A DNA stretch of 64,000 nucleotides from Macrostomum lignano. Lineage: Eukaryota. Location: contig NIVC01002868.1 in the NCBI GenBank assembly GCA_002269645.1, forward strand, positions 62,001 through 126,000. The letters are read 5' to 3'. Positions 12,801-26,094 of the stretch are shown here, one piece after another. The position numbers were made by a program, and so were the translations under genes. Positions within the stretch are counted from its first letter, which is position 1. Each line of letters starts with the position of its first letter. Under the pieces are notes generated by a model. That model was not told the DNA's origin and did no database searches. It saw only the letters and a list, made by a program, of their open reading frames with translations.

Positions 12801-15800
12801 CATATGTATATGTTTTACATGGTGGCTCTTTTATGTGTGACATGGAGTCACGTATATATTTGACATGGATTCACATATATCTTTGACATGGTGGCTCTTT
12901 AGTGTTCGATATGGTGGCTCTTTAATGTTTGACATGGTGGCTCTTTTATGTTTGACATAGTGGCTCTTTAATGTTTGACATGGTGGCTCTTTTATGTTTG
13001 ACATGATGGCTCCCTAATGTTCGACATGGTGGCTGTAAATTGTTTGTTATGTAGTCATATGTATATGTTTTACATGGTGGCTCTTTATGTGTGACATGGA
13101 GTCACATATATATTTGACATGGAGTCACATATATGTTTGACATGGTGGCTCTTTTATGTTTGACATAGTGGCTCTTTAATGTTCTACATGGTGGTTCTTT
13201 AATGTTTTACATTGTGGCTCTTTAATGTTCTACATTGTGCTCTTTAATATTTGACATTGTGGCTCTTTATGTTCTACATTGTGGCTCTTTAATGTTCGAC
13301 ATGGTGGCTCTTAAATGTTCAACATGGTGGCTCTTTATTGTTTGACATAATGGCTTTTTAATGTTCGACATGGTGGCTCTTTACTGTTAGAAATGGTGGC
13401 TCTTTAATGTTAGACATGGTGGCTCTTTAATGTTCTACATGGTGGCTCTTTAATGCTCTACATGGTGGCTCTTTAATGCTTGAAATGGTGGCTCTTTAAT
13501 TTTCGACATGGTGGCTCCTTTATGTTTAACATGGTGCTCTTAAATGTTCGACATCGTGGCTCTTTAATGTTTGACATGGTGGCTCTTTAGTGTTTAACAT
13601 GGAGTCACGTATGTGTTTGACATGGAGTCACGTATATATTTGGCATGGAGTCACGTATATGCTTTACATTGTGGCTCTTTTATGTTTGACATAGTGGCTC
13701 TTTAATGTTTGACATGGTGGCTCTTTAATGTTTGACATGGTGGCTCTTTTATGTTTGACATGATGGCTCTTTAATGTTCGACATGGTGGCTGTAAATTGT
13801 TTGTTATGTAGTCATATGTATATGTTTTACATGGTGGCTCTTTATGTGTGACATGGAGTCACATATATATTTGACATGGAGTCACATATATGTTTGACAT
13901 GGTGGCTCTTTTATGTTTGACATGGAGTCACGTATATATTTGACATGGATTCACATATATCTTTGACATGGTGGCTCTTTAGTGTTCGATATGGTGGCTC
14001 TTTAATGTTTGACATGGTGGCTCTTTTATGTTTGACATAGTGGATCTTTAATGTTTGACATGGTGGCTCTTTTATGTTTGACATGATGGCTCCCTAATGT
14101 TCGACATGGTGGCTGTAAATTGTTTGTTATGTAGTCATATGTATATGTTTTACATGGTGGCTCTTTATGTGTGACATGGAGTCACATATATATTTGACAT
14201 GGAGTCACATATATGTTTGACATGGTGGCTCTTTTATGTTTGACATAGTGGCTCTTTAATGTTTGACATGGTGGCTCTTTTATGTTTGACATGATGGCTC
14301 CCTAATGTTCGACATGGTGGCTGTAAATTGTTTGTTATGTAGTCATATGTATATGTTTTACATGGTGGCTCTTTATGTGTGACATGGAGTCACATATATA
14401 TTTGACATGGAGTCACATATATGTTTGACATGGTGGCTCTTTAGTGTTCGATATGGTGGCTCTTTAATGTTTGACATGGTGGCTTTTAATGTTCGACATG
14501 GTGGCTCTTTAATGTTAGACAGTGAGTCACGTATATGTTTGACATGGTGGCTCTTTAATGTTTGACATGGTGGCTCTTTAGTGTTTGACATGGCTCCTAA
14601 ATGTTTGACATGGTGGCTCTTTAATGTTTGACATGGTGGCTCTTTAGTGTTTGACATGGCTCTTTAATGTTTGACATGGTGGCTCTTTAATGTTTGACAT
14701 GGTGGCTCTTTAATGTTTGACATGGTGGCTCTTTAATGTTCGACATGGTGGCTCTTTAATGTTCGAAATTGTGCCTCTTTAATGTTAGACATGGTGGCTC
14801 TTTAATGTTCTACATGGTGGCTCTTTAATGCTCTACATTGTGGCTCTTTAATGCTCTACATGGTGGCTCTTTAATGTTCTACATGGTGGCTCTTTAATGC
14901 TTGACATTGTGGTTCTTTAATGTTCTACTTATTGTGGCTCTTTAATCTTCGACATGGTGGCTCTTTAATGTTCGATATGGTGGCTCTTTATTGTTTGACA
15001 TGATGGCTCTTTAATGTTTGACATTGTGGCTCTTTAATGTTCTACATATTGTGGCTCTTTAATGTTCGACATGGTGGCTCTTTATGTTCTACATTGTGGC
15101 TCTTTAATGTTTGACATTGTGGCTCTTTAATGCTCTACATGGGGGCTCTTTAATGCTTGACATTGTGGCTCTTTAATGTTCTACTTATTGTGGCTCTTTA
15201 ATCTTCGACATGGTGGCTCTTTAATGTCCTACATTGTGGCTCTTTATTGTTTGACATGATGGCTTTTTAATGTTCTACATTGTGGCTCTTTAATGTTCTA
15301 CATGGTGGCTCTTTAATGTTTGACATAGTGGCTCTTTTATGCTTGAAATGGTGGCTCTTTAATGTTCGACATGGTGGCTCTTTAGTGTTTGACATGGTGG
15401 CTCTTTTATGTTTGACATGATGGCTTTTTAATGTTCGACATGGTGGCTGTTTAATGTTTGTTATGTAGTCATATGTATATGTTTTACATGGTGGCTCTTT
15501 TATGTGTGACATGGAGTCACGTATATATTTGACATGGATTCACATATAAGTTTGACATGGTGGCTCTTTAGTGTTCGATATGGTGGCTCTTTAATGTTTG
15601 ACATGGTGGCTCTTTTATGTTTGACATAGTGGCTCTTTAATGTTTTACATGGTGGCTCTTTTATGTTTGACATAATGGCTCCTTAATGTTCGACATGGTG
15701 GCTGTTAATTGTTTGTTATGTAGTCATAGGTATATGTTTTACATGGTGGCTCTTTTATGTGTGACATGGAGTCACGTATATATTTGACATGGAGTCACAT

Positions 15801-16630
15801 ATATGTTTGACATGGTGGCTCTTTAGTGTTCGATATGGTGGCTCTTTAATGTTTGACATGGTGGCTTTTAATGTTCGACATGGTGGCTCTTTAATGTTAG
15901 ACAGTGAGTCACGTATATGTTTGACATGGTGGCTCTTTAATGTTTGACATGGTGGCTCTTTAATGTTTGACATAGTGGCTCTTTAATATCTGACATGGTG
16001 GCTCTTTAATGTTTGACATGGTGGCTCTTTTATGTTCGACATGGTGGCTCTTTAATGTACGACATAATGGCTCGTTTATGTTTTACATGGTGGCTCTTTA
16101 ATGTTTGACATGGTGGCTCTTTTATGCTTGACATGGTGGCTCTTTAATGTTCGACATAGTGGGTCTTTTATGTTTGACATGGTGGCTCTTTTATGCTTGA
16201 CATGGTGGCTCTTTAATGTTTGACATGGTGGCTCTTTAATGTACGACATAATGGCTCGTTTATGTTCGACATGGTGGCTCTTTAATGTTTGACATGGTAG
16301 CTCTGTTATGTTCGACATGGTGGCTCTTTTATGTTTGACAATGTGGCTCTTTATTGTTTTACATGGCGGCTCTTTTATGTTCGAAATGGTGGCTCTTTAA
16401 TGTTCGACATGGTGGCTCTTTAATGTTTGACATAGTGGTCTTTAATGTTCGACATGGTGGCACTTTAATGTTCGACGTGGTGGCTCTTTAATGTTCGAAA
16501 TGGTGACTCTTTTATGTTTCACATGGTGGCTCTTTGATGTTTGACATAGAGTCACGTATATTTTTTACATGGTGCCCATGTAGTGTTTGACATGGTGCCT
16601 CTTTTATGTTTGACATTGTGCTTTTTTATG
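9830..16630. repeat. 23-bp satellite (TTTGACATGGTGGCTCTTTAATG) with internal higher-order duplications
   Basis: Continuous tandem units; near-identical variant blocks recur (e.g. 11477 vs 14373, offset 2896). Confidence 0.97.
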
Positions 16631-16685
16631 TTTAGCAGTTTCGTGTTTTCAAGGTGTTTTATAAAAAAATTATTTTGCACTACTA

Positions 16686-16739
16686 AGATTCGAACCCAGG
16701 TCGCTACGTTGGCAGTCCAGTCTGTTCGTATCTAGGCTA
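16686..16739 (-). promoter_or_regulatory. tRNA-like A-box/B-box pair in Helitron B 5' module
   Basis: Minus strand TAGCCTAGATA..GGACTGCCAA..GGTTCGAATCT. Confidence 0.45.
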
Positions 16740-18629
16740 TCTCTTTTCAATTGGAGTACATGAATTGTGGCCCTTATAATTCAATAGTTACAGCAAGTTG
16801 GTTAGAGTAAAAAGTTATTACATAATCAATTTCTCAGTCAGCCAGATTCAGTCTCAATTTAGGTTTGCAATATGGTTACGCAATTTAAATCAAGTCGTGT
16901 GCACATTTCTTCGACACTGTTTTCAACTAATTGTGATGCAATCTTTATCAGAATTGAAATTCATTCAGCAAGTTTTTTCTCTAGCATTCTGACAATGCAT
17001 TTCAAGTTGAAAACTTTGCTTGACCTTTGCAAAAAAGCATGTTTTTCGAATATTTAATCCCTTTAACATTGAGCAATTTCTTAGCCAAGATACATGTACC
17101 GTCCCAGGAAAATTTCTGATCGAATGGTGCAAGTTTGAAAAAAATCGGTTGAGCCAATTTTTCTTAAATCAGTCGCATACCCATATACATACATACATAC
17201 AGACAACTCATTTTTAGTATATAGGACTAGCTAAAGTTTTGCCCCCCTTCGGGGAGCAGAAATAATTAATATTCGTCTAATATAATATACCTTTTAGCAG
17301 GAGTACTTTAAGTGTCTTTCTTAAGCTTAAGCTTAAAATAGGAATTTTTGGAGATCGTTAATAACGCATTTTAGGTAAAACAAAACTATCAACTTTTTAC
17401 AGTTTTTTAGTTTAGAGCCCTGTATATGTTAACGTGTTTGATAAAAATTATTATATTTATTTAGTTTATAAAACTGTTGAGATCACTTTTTTAGTTGTTA
17501 CTGAAAATAAATTAAATAATATTCCAAGAAATTGCGACTTTCCGAGAAATGACTTGCTTTATTCCGATTTTCTTGTTGCTTGTATTGCTCATGTGTACTA
17601 CAGTTTTATACACATCCCGAGAAATTTTTTACTTTCTTCATTTGTAAGTGAATTTCTTAGCCCTGCTCATCGTACTAACTGCGACTGCAATGTTCCGAAC
17701 AATAAGTAGCTCAGCATTGCAACTATTGCCCTTGAATGAGGCCCCTCTTATTATAATAAATGACTTAAAGAGTCAGTTCAATGCAGCTATCTCATTGTGA
17801 ATAGACTTTGCAAAAGCAACTGGAGCTACATCCTTCGACCTTTGGTTTGACACTTTTAATAAAGCTAACATTGGCTATATATAGGCATGATATATGATAT
17901 ATATTATCATGCTAAATTCCCCCTTTCTTTTCTAGTCACACTCCTCAGCAGACTTCTCTTTTCTTATATGCCTCATTCACATTGTCAAATCTTATTTTGA
18001 ATCAAATCCTATATGACATAAAAGTCTATTTCAAATTAGATCCATTTTGATAGTTCAAAATGGTTAGCTCATATCAATGGCTAATTAAATATCAATGGAT
18101 CAATTTCTAATCTCCTTTCTTTTTCTTAATGATTCCAGTTCTGATCAGATCCTATTTCTCATCTGACCTCTTTTCTTAGTAATCCATTTTGTATCATTCT
18201 TCATTATAAATGCATGCCTGACAATTTATCTTTTAAAATAGAATAAGGCAGGTACCAGGTGTGCAGATTCATGAATCATGGGACTGGTCTTTGTCCACTG
18301 AAACATTTTTTGTATTTCTTCAATTGCAAAACACATTGAAAACAACAAAACAACAACAATTGAGTGAGCATCTGGCAAAATTATTATTATACAAATACAT
18401 ATCATTATGACATTATAAGAAAACAAACTCCAAATGTAGAGAATTCAGCGATTTTCCTCTTTCGTTTGTTAAATTATTTTTTCGACAGAAACAAGTTGTG
18501 ACTACTGAGTAATGTCAGAAAATGACAGTAATGGGACAGTAATGGGATTCAGTTCAATGAAAAAAGAAAAAATTGCATTGCACCTAAAAATATTACCCAC
18601 AAACAGTAAACATGATGCACTTGCAGAAG

Positions 18630-19071
18630 GCTCCGCCAACAAGACAGTATCATTGCACAGTTCATTGCATTTGACTGCAAGAATAATGGTGTCAATCCTA
18701 CTGCTTGTTGGCTTGCTTTACTCTGCACTGCTGGTCAGAGGCATTCACTGGGGCAAGTTAAGTTCACGCACTCAACGTCACACAAAAAGCTTAGCTATCA
18801 CAAGTCTCTAGGTTTGCTGAAGCTGCTTCAAACCTCTCTCTCATGGCTGCATACCCTCAGTTTTAGAGTGGAAGAACCTCTGAATCGTGAAAAAGCAGCG
18901 AACACGTTATTTCAACCACAATCTCAAGGCCCATTGATATGCAGCCAACCTGCTATATATTCACCTAATATTTACCTACATTAATTTCACTATTACTTAT
19001 TAACTTTCATGGCACAACTAAATTGGGATCCGATTGTATCCGATCCTATTCTGGTTTGCCTTGATCCCAAT
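18630..19071. repeat. 442-bp segment duplicated at 26500-26941
   Basis: Apparently identical sequence from GCTCCGCCAACAAGACAG to CCTTGATCCCAAT, offset 7870. Confidence 0.95.
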
Positions 19072-19230
19072 CTAGTTATGCAATGATCTCAATCTAGTTA
19101 TGAAAGGATCTCAATTTAGTTATGCAATAATCCCATTTTAGTTACGCCAAATGATCCTAATTACGCTAAGCAATGATCTTAGTTCTGTTATGCAATGAAC
19201 CCAATTAGGCTAAGCAATGATCTCACTTCT

Positions 19231-22200
19231 CACAGCTATCTTGAAGACCAGTTAAGTGACAAAAAAATTGCCCAAAAAACAGTTTGTGTTTTCAAAAACA
19301 ATGCACCACTAGAAGTTTTTATATAAATTTTCAAAATGATTTTGCGAGATATTTTTGTTTTATTGCATGTTTTTACTTTTACAATGATTTCTGTGCTGAA
19401 ATTATAGCATCTGTGGTCTGGTAGTTAAGGGTTACTTGTATAATGTATAGCATACGTATAATTTTTGATCAAACAAATCAATACATAAATTAGTAAACTT
19501 CATTAAATGAAAAATGGTGAATAATTAGACTTTCAATAACATTTTGATAGAAAATCACCTTTACCTTTAAAAATAGTTATTAACTAAAAGCAACTTGTTC
19601 ACTGGTGCCGTGAGTTGTACACAATTGTGCATTTCAGCAGCTGCTTGCTGTACTGTGCACTCGTTTTCGCCACTTTGTAGCTGCTGTCCCAGAGGCGACT
19701 GAAGTCCGCATGCACAGCCTCACTTGCCTGCTCCGACCAGAATCCAAGGCCATGCAGAGCTGATCCAGGCATTTGCGGCTGGTTGCGAAGAAATGGAGCA
19801 ACATGCTCAAAGACAGCATGAACTTTAGGGCTGACAGGAATGCCAACATCCTTGTAGGCCGCAGCAAATGCCTTTATTGCTGCATCGTAGCCGTCTAGAA
19901 GCACCAGTCCAAAACAAGTCCTACAGACTTCACGAAAGGTGCGAAGGGCTTGTACAATAGGCATGGCTGCTATGGCACCGCAGTCTTGCAGCATTTGCTC
20001 AAGTGAGTCGACACTGTTTAGCAGCTTGCTGCAGTGGTTGCCAGTAAACTGCCCACCTTGATATGGTGCCTGCCAGATGTTTAAACGATTAGCAAAGTCC
20101 TGTGCTCGTATTGTACAGTTGGAGATTGACTGTAATCGAGAATCAAGCTCCTTGAACAGCCGATTGACAATACCTAGCATCAAGTGCAACTCCATTGGAG
20201 GCACAATGTTGATCACCAAAGTCTCGTCTGGAAAATCAAGCAGCGGCATTCTAACACAATTCTTGAACCTGGCAGCCGAGTGCCTTGTGCTACTTGTCTG
20301 TTGCACCAGCTCTTGGTAGCTGTTAGCATTCTGTCGTATGCTGCCAAATGACCGCAAGGGAACTTCATGATACATGCTACAGAATTCTTTGCAGTTCAAC
20401 TCGCACCATGGACAGGGGTGACTGCTGCTGGCACACTGGAGGCCAAGTAGTGCGTTAGCCATCTTCATGTCAACAGCAAGACTGAAGCGTACCTGTTGCA
20501 GTCTCAGAAGGTCCAGGACAGCCTTGATGTTGAAGTAGGACTCTCGAACATCTTCGACAATTGCAAGGATCAGCAGTTTTTTCACTCCACTATCACAGAA
20601 ACGAGAACTGCATGCGGCAGCAGAATAGCTTGTCTTTGTTTTAGGTTGTTGCTCTGCTCCAATTCGCACAATAGTGAGACAGACCTTCAAGAAGTTGCCT
20701 CCTCCATCTATGCCAATTTTAACTTCAAAGTTTCCTTCTTCAATGCAGCGGTGGTACAGAAGGCTATCAATGAGTCCCTCTGGGCCCTTGCAGTATACAA
20801 CGTGTCTCATCTCTGTTGCTGCATCCTTCCCAACCTCCAGCTGCATTGCCTTTACATCAAAGAAATCACCTAGCTCCTCATCCAGCTGACGTAACTTTGA
20901 CATCAGTCCAGAGTCCACAGACTTGCGTCCTTTCCAGTTGCGCAGGAACTGAGCTGCCAGTTTAGTCTGCTGGCCACTTAAGCCAAGAGTATTCTGAAAC
21001 CTGTTGAACTCTTTGGCAGTCACAGGCTTGTCAACAAATGTGGCACAAGAGTTTTTGCATTGCGCTGTAGTTGTCACTGTCAGCTGATAAGGTCCACGAG
21101 TTGCTAACTGTGTGGAGAGAAAGGCACCACTGGTGCACTTTGTCTTTATGAGGTCTGATGCATGGATTTCTGCACCTCTTTTGTCCATGGCAAACTGAAG
21201 TGAAAGGTTTTTTCTTCTTTGAGTCACATTGCAATTGTGAGATATACCTTTGCCAAGCACAGAGTAGCAGCGCATGCAGGTTGATACAGGTTGAGCTTCA
21301 GGCAGAGGATCTTCGATGCCAGATGAAGGTCTCCCACGAGGGTGTGCACTGACTTTCCGTGATCCAAGGCCTTTACCAATAGGTGTCCATCTTGCGGCAG
21401 TGCAGATGCCACACTCGCACATGGTCGTTGAGCGTGTTAGGACAGTCATTTTTATGCTTGAAAAGTCGAATGATCGAGGCAAAGCATCTTCTTCTCGCTT
21501 TCCTGCCTCAATGTCAGCCAGCAGAGTTCTGCATCGAGTGCACACTGCAGCTGGTAGTTGCTCATCATCAAGATTACAGCTTGGCATAAAAAACCGGCGA
21601 ATCCTTGTGAGTACAGTTTCACCAATTGGCTTCATGCTGTTTCCTTTTTGCATGCAAATGAGACATACTTTGAGCCGATTTTCTGCATGTGATGCTCCGC
21701 ATGATGGGTTTGGCATGGTTGCAGCTAAATACTATATCAGGTTGAGTTAATTTTCCAGTTTTGATTGCTTAAGATGACACTTTCATGCGGCATTGATATT
21801 ATAGCTTGTTCATTCCACTACCAAATGAGGTTACAATTTTAGGCTCACACAGCTTGTACATAACTTTAAGCTTGTACTCAGCAGTGTGAGTTGATGTCTC
21901 AACTGATTTTAGTGTAAATGTACGCTTGTATATAGGCATCCAGCCTTTATAAAGTTATGCAATTTTAAAAACACAAAGGCTAGGAGCTGCTACACATCTC
22001 TTACATCACATTTTAAAAGTTGTTCTGCTAAAAAGATACACTGTGTTCTGAATTATTAGTGGGTCACAGATATTCTTAGCTTGGAACTCCTTGTAAAAGT
22101 CAAAACATGCAATAAAATAAAAATATCTCGCAAAATCATTTTGAAAATTTATATAAAAACTTCTAGTGGTGCATTGTTTTTGAGAACACAACCCGTTTTT

Positions 22201-22244
22201 TGGGCAATTTTTTTGTCACTTAACTGGTCTTCAAGATAGCTGTG
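19231..22244 (-). mobile_element. Intact cut-and-paste transposon, Chapaev/Transib (RAG1-core-like) type
   Basis: ~154-bp TIRs (19231-19384, 22091-22244) starting CACAGCT; 4-bp TSD TTCT (19227-19230, 22245-22248); single transposase ORF. Confidence 0.9.
19599..21716 (-). CDS. 705-aa DDE transposase, Chapaev/Transib/RAG1-core-like
   Basis: N-terminal H-x7-CxxC...CxxC zinc motif; GIDGG (D), AVDMK (D), HPCPWC, KVHAVFEH, SEQASE (E). These match the order of RAG1/Transib core motifs, and the ORF is uninterrupted. Confidence 0.88.
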   Translation of the reverse strand: MPNPSCGASHAENRLKVCLICMQKGNSMKPIGETVLTRIRRFFMPSCNLDDEQLPAAVCTRCRTLLADIEAGKREEDALPRSFDFSSIKMTVLTRSTTMCECGICTAARWTPIGKGLGSRKVSAHPRGRPSSGIEDPLPEAQPVSTCMRCYSVLGKGISHNCNVTQRRKNLSLQFAMDKRGAEIHASDLIKTKCTSGAFLSTQLATRGPYQLTVTTTAQCKNSCATFVDKPVTAKEFNRFQNTLGLSGQQTKLAAQFLRNWKGRKSVDSGLMSKLRQLDEELGDFFDVKAMQLEVGKDAATEMRHVVYCKGPEGLIDSLLYHRCIEEGNFEVKIGIDGGGNFLKVCLTIVRIGAEQQPKTKTSYSAAACSSRFCDSGVKKLLILAIVEDVRESYFNIKAVLDLLRLQQVRFSLAVDMKMANALLGLQCASSSHPCPWCELNCKEFCSMYHEVPLRSFGSIRQNANSYQELVQQTSSTRHSAARFKNCVRMPLLDFPDETLVINIVPPMELHLMLGIVNRLFKELDSRLQSISNCTIRAQDFANRLNIWQAPYQGGQFTGNHCSKLLNSVDSLEQMLQDCGAIAAMPIVQALRTFREVCRTCFGLVLLDGYDAAIKAFAAAYKDVGIPVSPKVHAVFEHVAPFLRNQPQMPGSALHGLGFWSEQASEAVHADFSRLWDSSYKVAKTSAQYSKQLLKCTIVYNSRHQ

Positions 22245-22745
22245 TTCTGTTATGCCACAAACACAATTTAGCTAAGCAATGATCTCACTTCTGTTATGCC
22301 ACAAACACAATTTAGCTATTGGGTTGGGAACCCAATTGGCTATTGGGAACCCAATCCGATCCTATTCTGGTTTGCCTTGATCCCAACTCGTAGCAGAAAA
22401 TTTTCATTACCTTACGGACGCCCCTCTTACTAATCATAATTCTGGTAAACTATGAATCCAATTTTCCATTCTTCAATGATCCCATTCGTATCATGCCATG
22501 AGCCCAATTTCATTATGCGATAATTCCAATTCTGGTTTGCTATGATCCCAATTTAGTATGCAAGGATCCCAACTTAGTTATGCCAAATGATCCCAATTAC
22601 GCTAAGCAATGATCTTAGTTCTGTTATGCAATGAACCCAATTAGGCTAAGCAATGATCTCACTTCTGTTATGCCACAAACACAATTTAGCTAAGCAATGA
22701 TCTCACTTCTGTTATGCCACAAACACAATTTAGCTAAGCAATGAT
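22245..22745. repeat. Degenerate ~37-44 bp modular repeats (GCAATGATCTCA.TTCTGTTATGC..); also 19070-19230, 23150-23330, 26940-27045
   Basis: Recurring AGCAATGATCT..TTCTGTTATGC units; the transposon is inserted in one of them. Confidence 0.8.
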
Positions 22746-23145
22746 TTAGGATTGATATATAAGATTCTGTGAATTTAGGATTGGGATCTAAGAGATTCTA
22801 TGAATTTAGGATTGGGATCTAAGAGATTCTATGAATTTAGGATTGGGATTTAAGAGATTCTATGAATTTAGGATTGGAATCTAATAGATTCTGTGAATTT
22901 AGCATTGGGATCTAAGAGATTCTGTGAATTTAGGATTGGGATCTAAGAGATTCTAAGAATTTAGCATTGGGATCTAAGAGATTCTATGAATTTAGGATTG
23001 GGATCTAAGAGATTCTGTGAATTTAGGATTGGGATCTAAGAGATCCCATGAATTTAGGATTGGGATCTAAGAGATTCTATGAATTTAGGATTGGGATCTA
23101 AGAGATTCTGTGAATTTAGGATTGGGATCTAAGAGATTCTGTGAA
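22745..23145. repeat. 31-bp minisatellite (GAATTTAGGATTGGGATCTAAGAGATTCTAT), copy 1
   Basis: Direct tandem units. Confidence 0.95.
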
Positions 23146-23537
23146 CCCAATGAACAAGCAATGAACCCAATTTAGCTAAGCAATGCTCTCAGTTCTGTAA
23201 TGCCATAAACCCAATTTAACTAAGCAATGATCTCAGTTCTGTTATGCAATGAACCCAATTTCGCTAAGCAATGATCTCAGTTCTGTTATGCAATGAACAC
23301 AATTTAGCTAATCATTTTGCTTAGCTAATCACTGATCCCAATTCCATTATGATCCCATCTAATTTTAATTTATTAGGTGAATAAAGCAGGATTTACCTGA
23401 TACGTCTCATCGGGCCGTATTATACATATCAGGTTAAACTACTTGTGATGGCTATCGAACTCAGATGCGCTACTGGCAGACAAAAATGCACTCAAGCATT
23501 ACTCACGTTAATTGCATCTTTATTAGTCTTTCAAGTC

Positions 23538-24946
23538 CTACTCGTCCATGAAATCATGTGATGGCCCAGGCTTCTCGGACACATTGGGAGCCTTAGGGGT
23601 TGACATAGCGGGGATCTGCTGACTTCTGTTGATATGATCTCGGGAAAATGTCACCTGTGAAATGAAATTTATATATGAATTTAATCAATTTTTTATATTC
23701 ATATTACTCTTGAATGAATGAATAAACCTAATCTTTAGAGATAAGAGGCCTCATTGAACAAGTTAATAATGAATCTAAGCAGTCAATCACTTATTGCTTC
23801 TTTAGTACGTTCTCTGACACCATATTTCTATTTAACCCACACGTAATACTCGTAAAATCAACTTACCTCTTTGTCCCCAAATCGCACTTTAATTCTTCGC
23901 ACCTCATCGAATTGGTCGAACATTCGCTCTGGGTACTGTAATACCATTTCGTCGTCACGGTTAGCATATTTCTCCCGCTGGGAGCTTTGCGTCACCCGTA
24001 GCTCCTCGAAGCACTGTTGGCTAGAAAGCGCATCCTTGTACCACTGGGTAATGTCGGAGACATCAGCAGAGTCTTCTGGCCAATGCTGAATTTCCGCTTT
24101 CGAACATCCGAGACTGATTGTCTGGGAATATTCCTGGACTTGAGCACCATGAATCGCTAGAACGTCGCCCACAGACCAGTCATTCACTTGGGCAGTAGAG
24201 CTGGCCCAAAATGTGCACGACACGGAGGACCCAGACTGATCAACAAGCGTCACTTTCGCCAGGTTGATAAGTTTTCCGGAACCGGTTTTAACTTCCGTTG
24301 GTTTCTGGACAGCAGAAATCGTGCCATAGACGTTAACATTCCTGAGATATGTGAGGCAAAGGGTGAACTTACAAGAATGCATTAACTCATTCACTAAGCA
24401 ACTTCACTGACTGATTTAAATAAGTTTCCCTAGAAATAATTGGCTAACCTAACATTTAGTGGGAATATATATTCCAAATCCTTTCCATTTTATTTTTAAC
24501 AATTGCAACAAGTTAACTTACATTTTCATTTCACAGTCCGAAATCTCTTTTATCTTCTTATAGCTTGGTGCACGTCGAGTGACGGTCTCGAGGGTCCTCA
24601 CAATGGTTCCACGTTGGTCAATTGAAACTGTTAGCTCGTGCTCATTGTCCGTAGTGCTGTATTTGGGATCCGCCTTCTTCACCCAGCCGCCGGATATGCG
24701 GACGGCGACGCCCTCACGACACACCTCCAGGAAAGGCTTAAGATCCTTTCCGAACACGCTTACACGTATATCGCCGGTGTCGTCACAGAGGATAAAGGAA
24801 AACACTTGGCCTGGTCCTCTTTTGCCTTCAAAGTCCGTGATTTTGGACAGCCTCATTACGAGGCCAACGATTGCAGCGTGCATCAGGCCCGGAAGCAGAG
24901 CAGAGATACACGCTTTGCTTTTCTTGGCTCCTTCGGTTGACTCCAT
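23538..24946 (-). CDS. RPA70-like ssDNA-binding protein with two OB folds (DBD-A/DBD-B-like); 3 exons 24946-24522, 24341-23867, 23654-23538; 338 aa
   Basis: Exon 1 GQVFSFILCDDTGDIRVSVF resembles RPA1 [20 protein letters not shown]. Exon 2 TLVDQSGSSVSCTFW..LAIHGAQV..WY resembles LMDTSGKVVTATLW..LAIKGARV..WF. GT-AG introns (phase 2, phase 0) keep the frame, giving a 1017-nt CDS. Confidence 0.85.
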
Positions 24947-24949
24947 ATT

Positions 24950-25760
24950 GCTCGATTGATAGTTGCCAAAAATATGGATTATAAAAATTTCACTGATAAG
25001 GTCTTTACGGTTTGTGGTTTGATAGTTTTAGCATCAAGGCCAATTGTGCCAGTTTATATTGCAGCATTTCGTTTCGGACAACCCTAACTGTGATGACTCA
25101 TGCCAATAGAGGGTGCCATGTAAAGATCAATTTAGATCTGGCTAACCAATCAGAGAGAGTTTTGTTCTAATCCACCCACTGGGCTACTTGTTGTGGATTG
25201 GCTGGTGATTGCCTTAGCTTTTACGTTCTTTCTTTATGTACACTGTGTGGGGTGTCAGAGTCGAGTGTGGTGCGACTTGTTATGCAATCTGTTTTCGACA
25301 CACTTCAATAATAGGACACAAAAAATATCTTAAATGTACACTGTAATTGGGAAGCCAGTGCGGCGTGTGGCTAACGTGGCTAAAAATAGAGGGTTTCAAG
25401 TCAGCCAATAGCAGTAAACTTTGTATTCAACTAAAGTGATTTCATTAAACTGCCAGTGCAAGCCCCAACCTAGTGCGACTTTTCAGTAATCACAAACAGC
25501 TAAAGCCTCATGACGCTCACCAATGAAGCCTCACACGATTTTAACTGGGGTTGGGGGTGGCCCTAAGCTGGTATTCATTTTTGCCTAAGCTGAAACGGGC
25601 TTTAAAAAAATGAAATGAGTTTCATTTCGTTAGCAAGGTTTTCAAACCAATCTCGCTAATCCTTGCTTGACATGAGTGAGCGTATATAAACCAGAGTGAG
25701 CGTACGACACGCTCGTATAATTTCCACTGTATAGTTCCACTGTTTAACTCCACTGTTCCA
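24950..25760. promoter_or_regulatory. Putative bidirectional promoter between RPA-like and RGG/CCHC genes
   Basis: CCAAT/ATTGG at 25146, 25197, 25405, 25520 and 25647; TATATAAA at 25683 (+); TATAAA at 25058-25053 (-). Confidence 0.45.
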
Positions 25761-25763
25761 CAA

Positions 25764-26005
25764 ATGAAGTTTACCCAGAACTTCTTTTCCGGCGGCGGCA
25801 GGCGGCGAGGAGGCCGCGGTGGTGGACACCCTAGAAAACCTAGTAAGTCTCATTTCTAAGTCTCATTACTGTAATTAAGTCTTTCGAAACCACCTGTTGA
25901 GTAAAATTGCACTTTCCAAACTTAACAGTGGCCTGTTATCTCTGCGGTGGAGGTCACCCTGTGGCCCGGTGTCCGGACCTGGCCGACATGCGGCTGCAGC
26001 AGCAG

Positions 26006-26049
<44 letters not shown>

Positions 26050-26050
26050 G

Positions 26051-26094
<44 letters not shown>

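Larger units (their letters stand above)
9296..17226 (-). mobile_element. Non-autonomous Helitron-like element, family B
   Basis: 5' TCCTATATACTAAAAATGAG at 17226; 3' hairpin (CCCCC-ATC-GGGGGG) + CTAG at 9299-9296; same organisation as 50314-56906. Confidence 0.85.

Noticed and set aside
9830-16630. CRISPR-like array
   Set aside because: Units are directly adjacent with no unique spacers, there are no cas genes, and the context is eukaryotic. The same applies to the other satellites.
17700-17870. Reverse-transcriptase relic (IDFAKA on +; RGLIQG on -)
   Set aside because: The motifs are on opposite strands, surrounded by stops, and too short to support.
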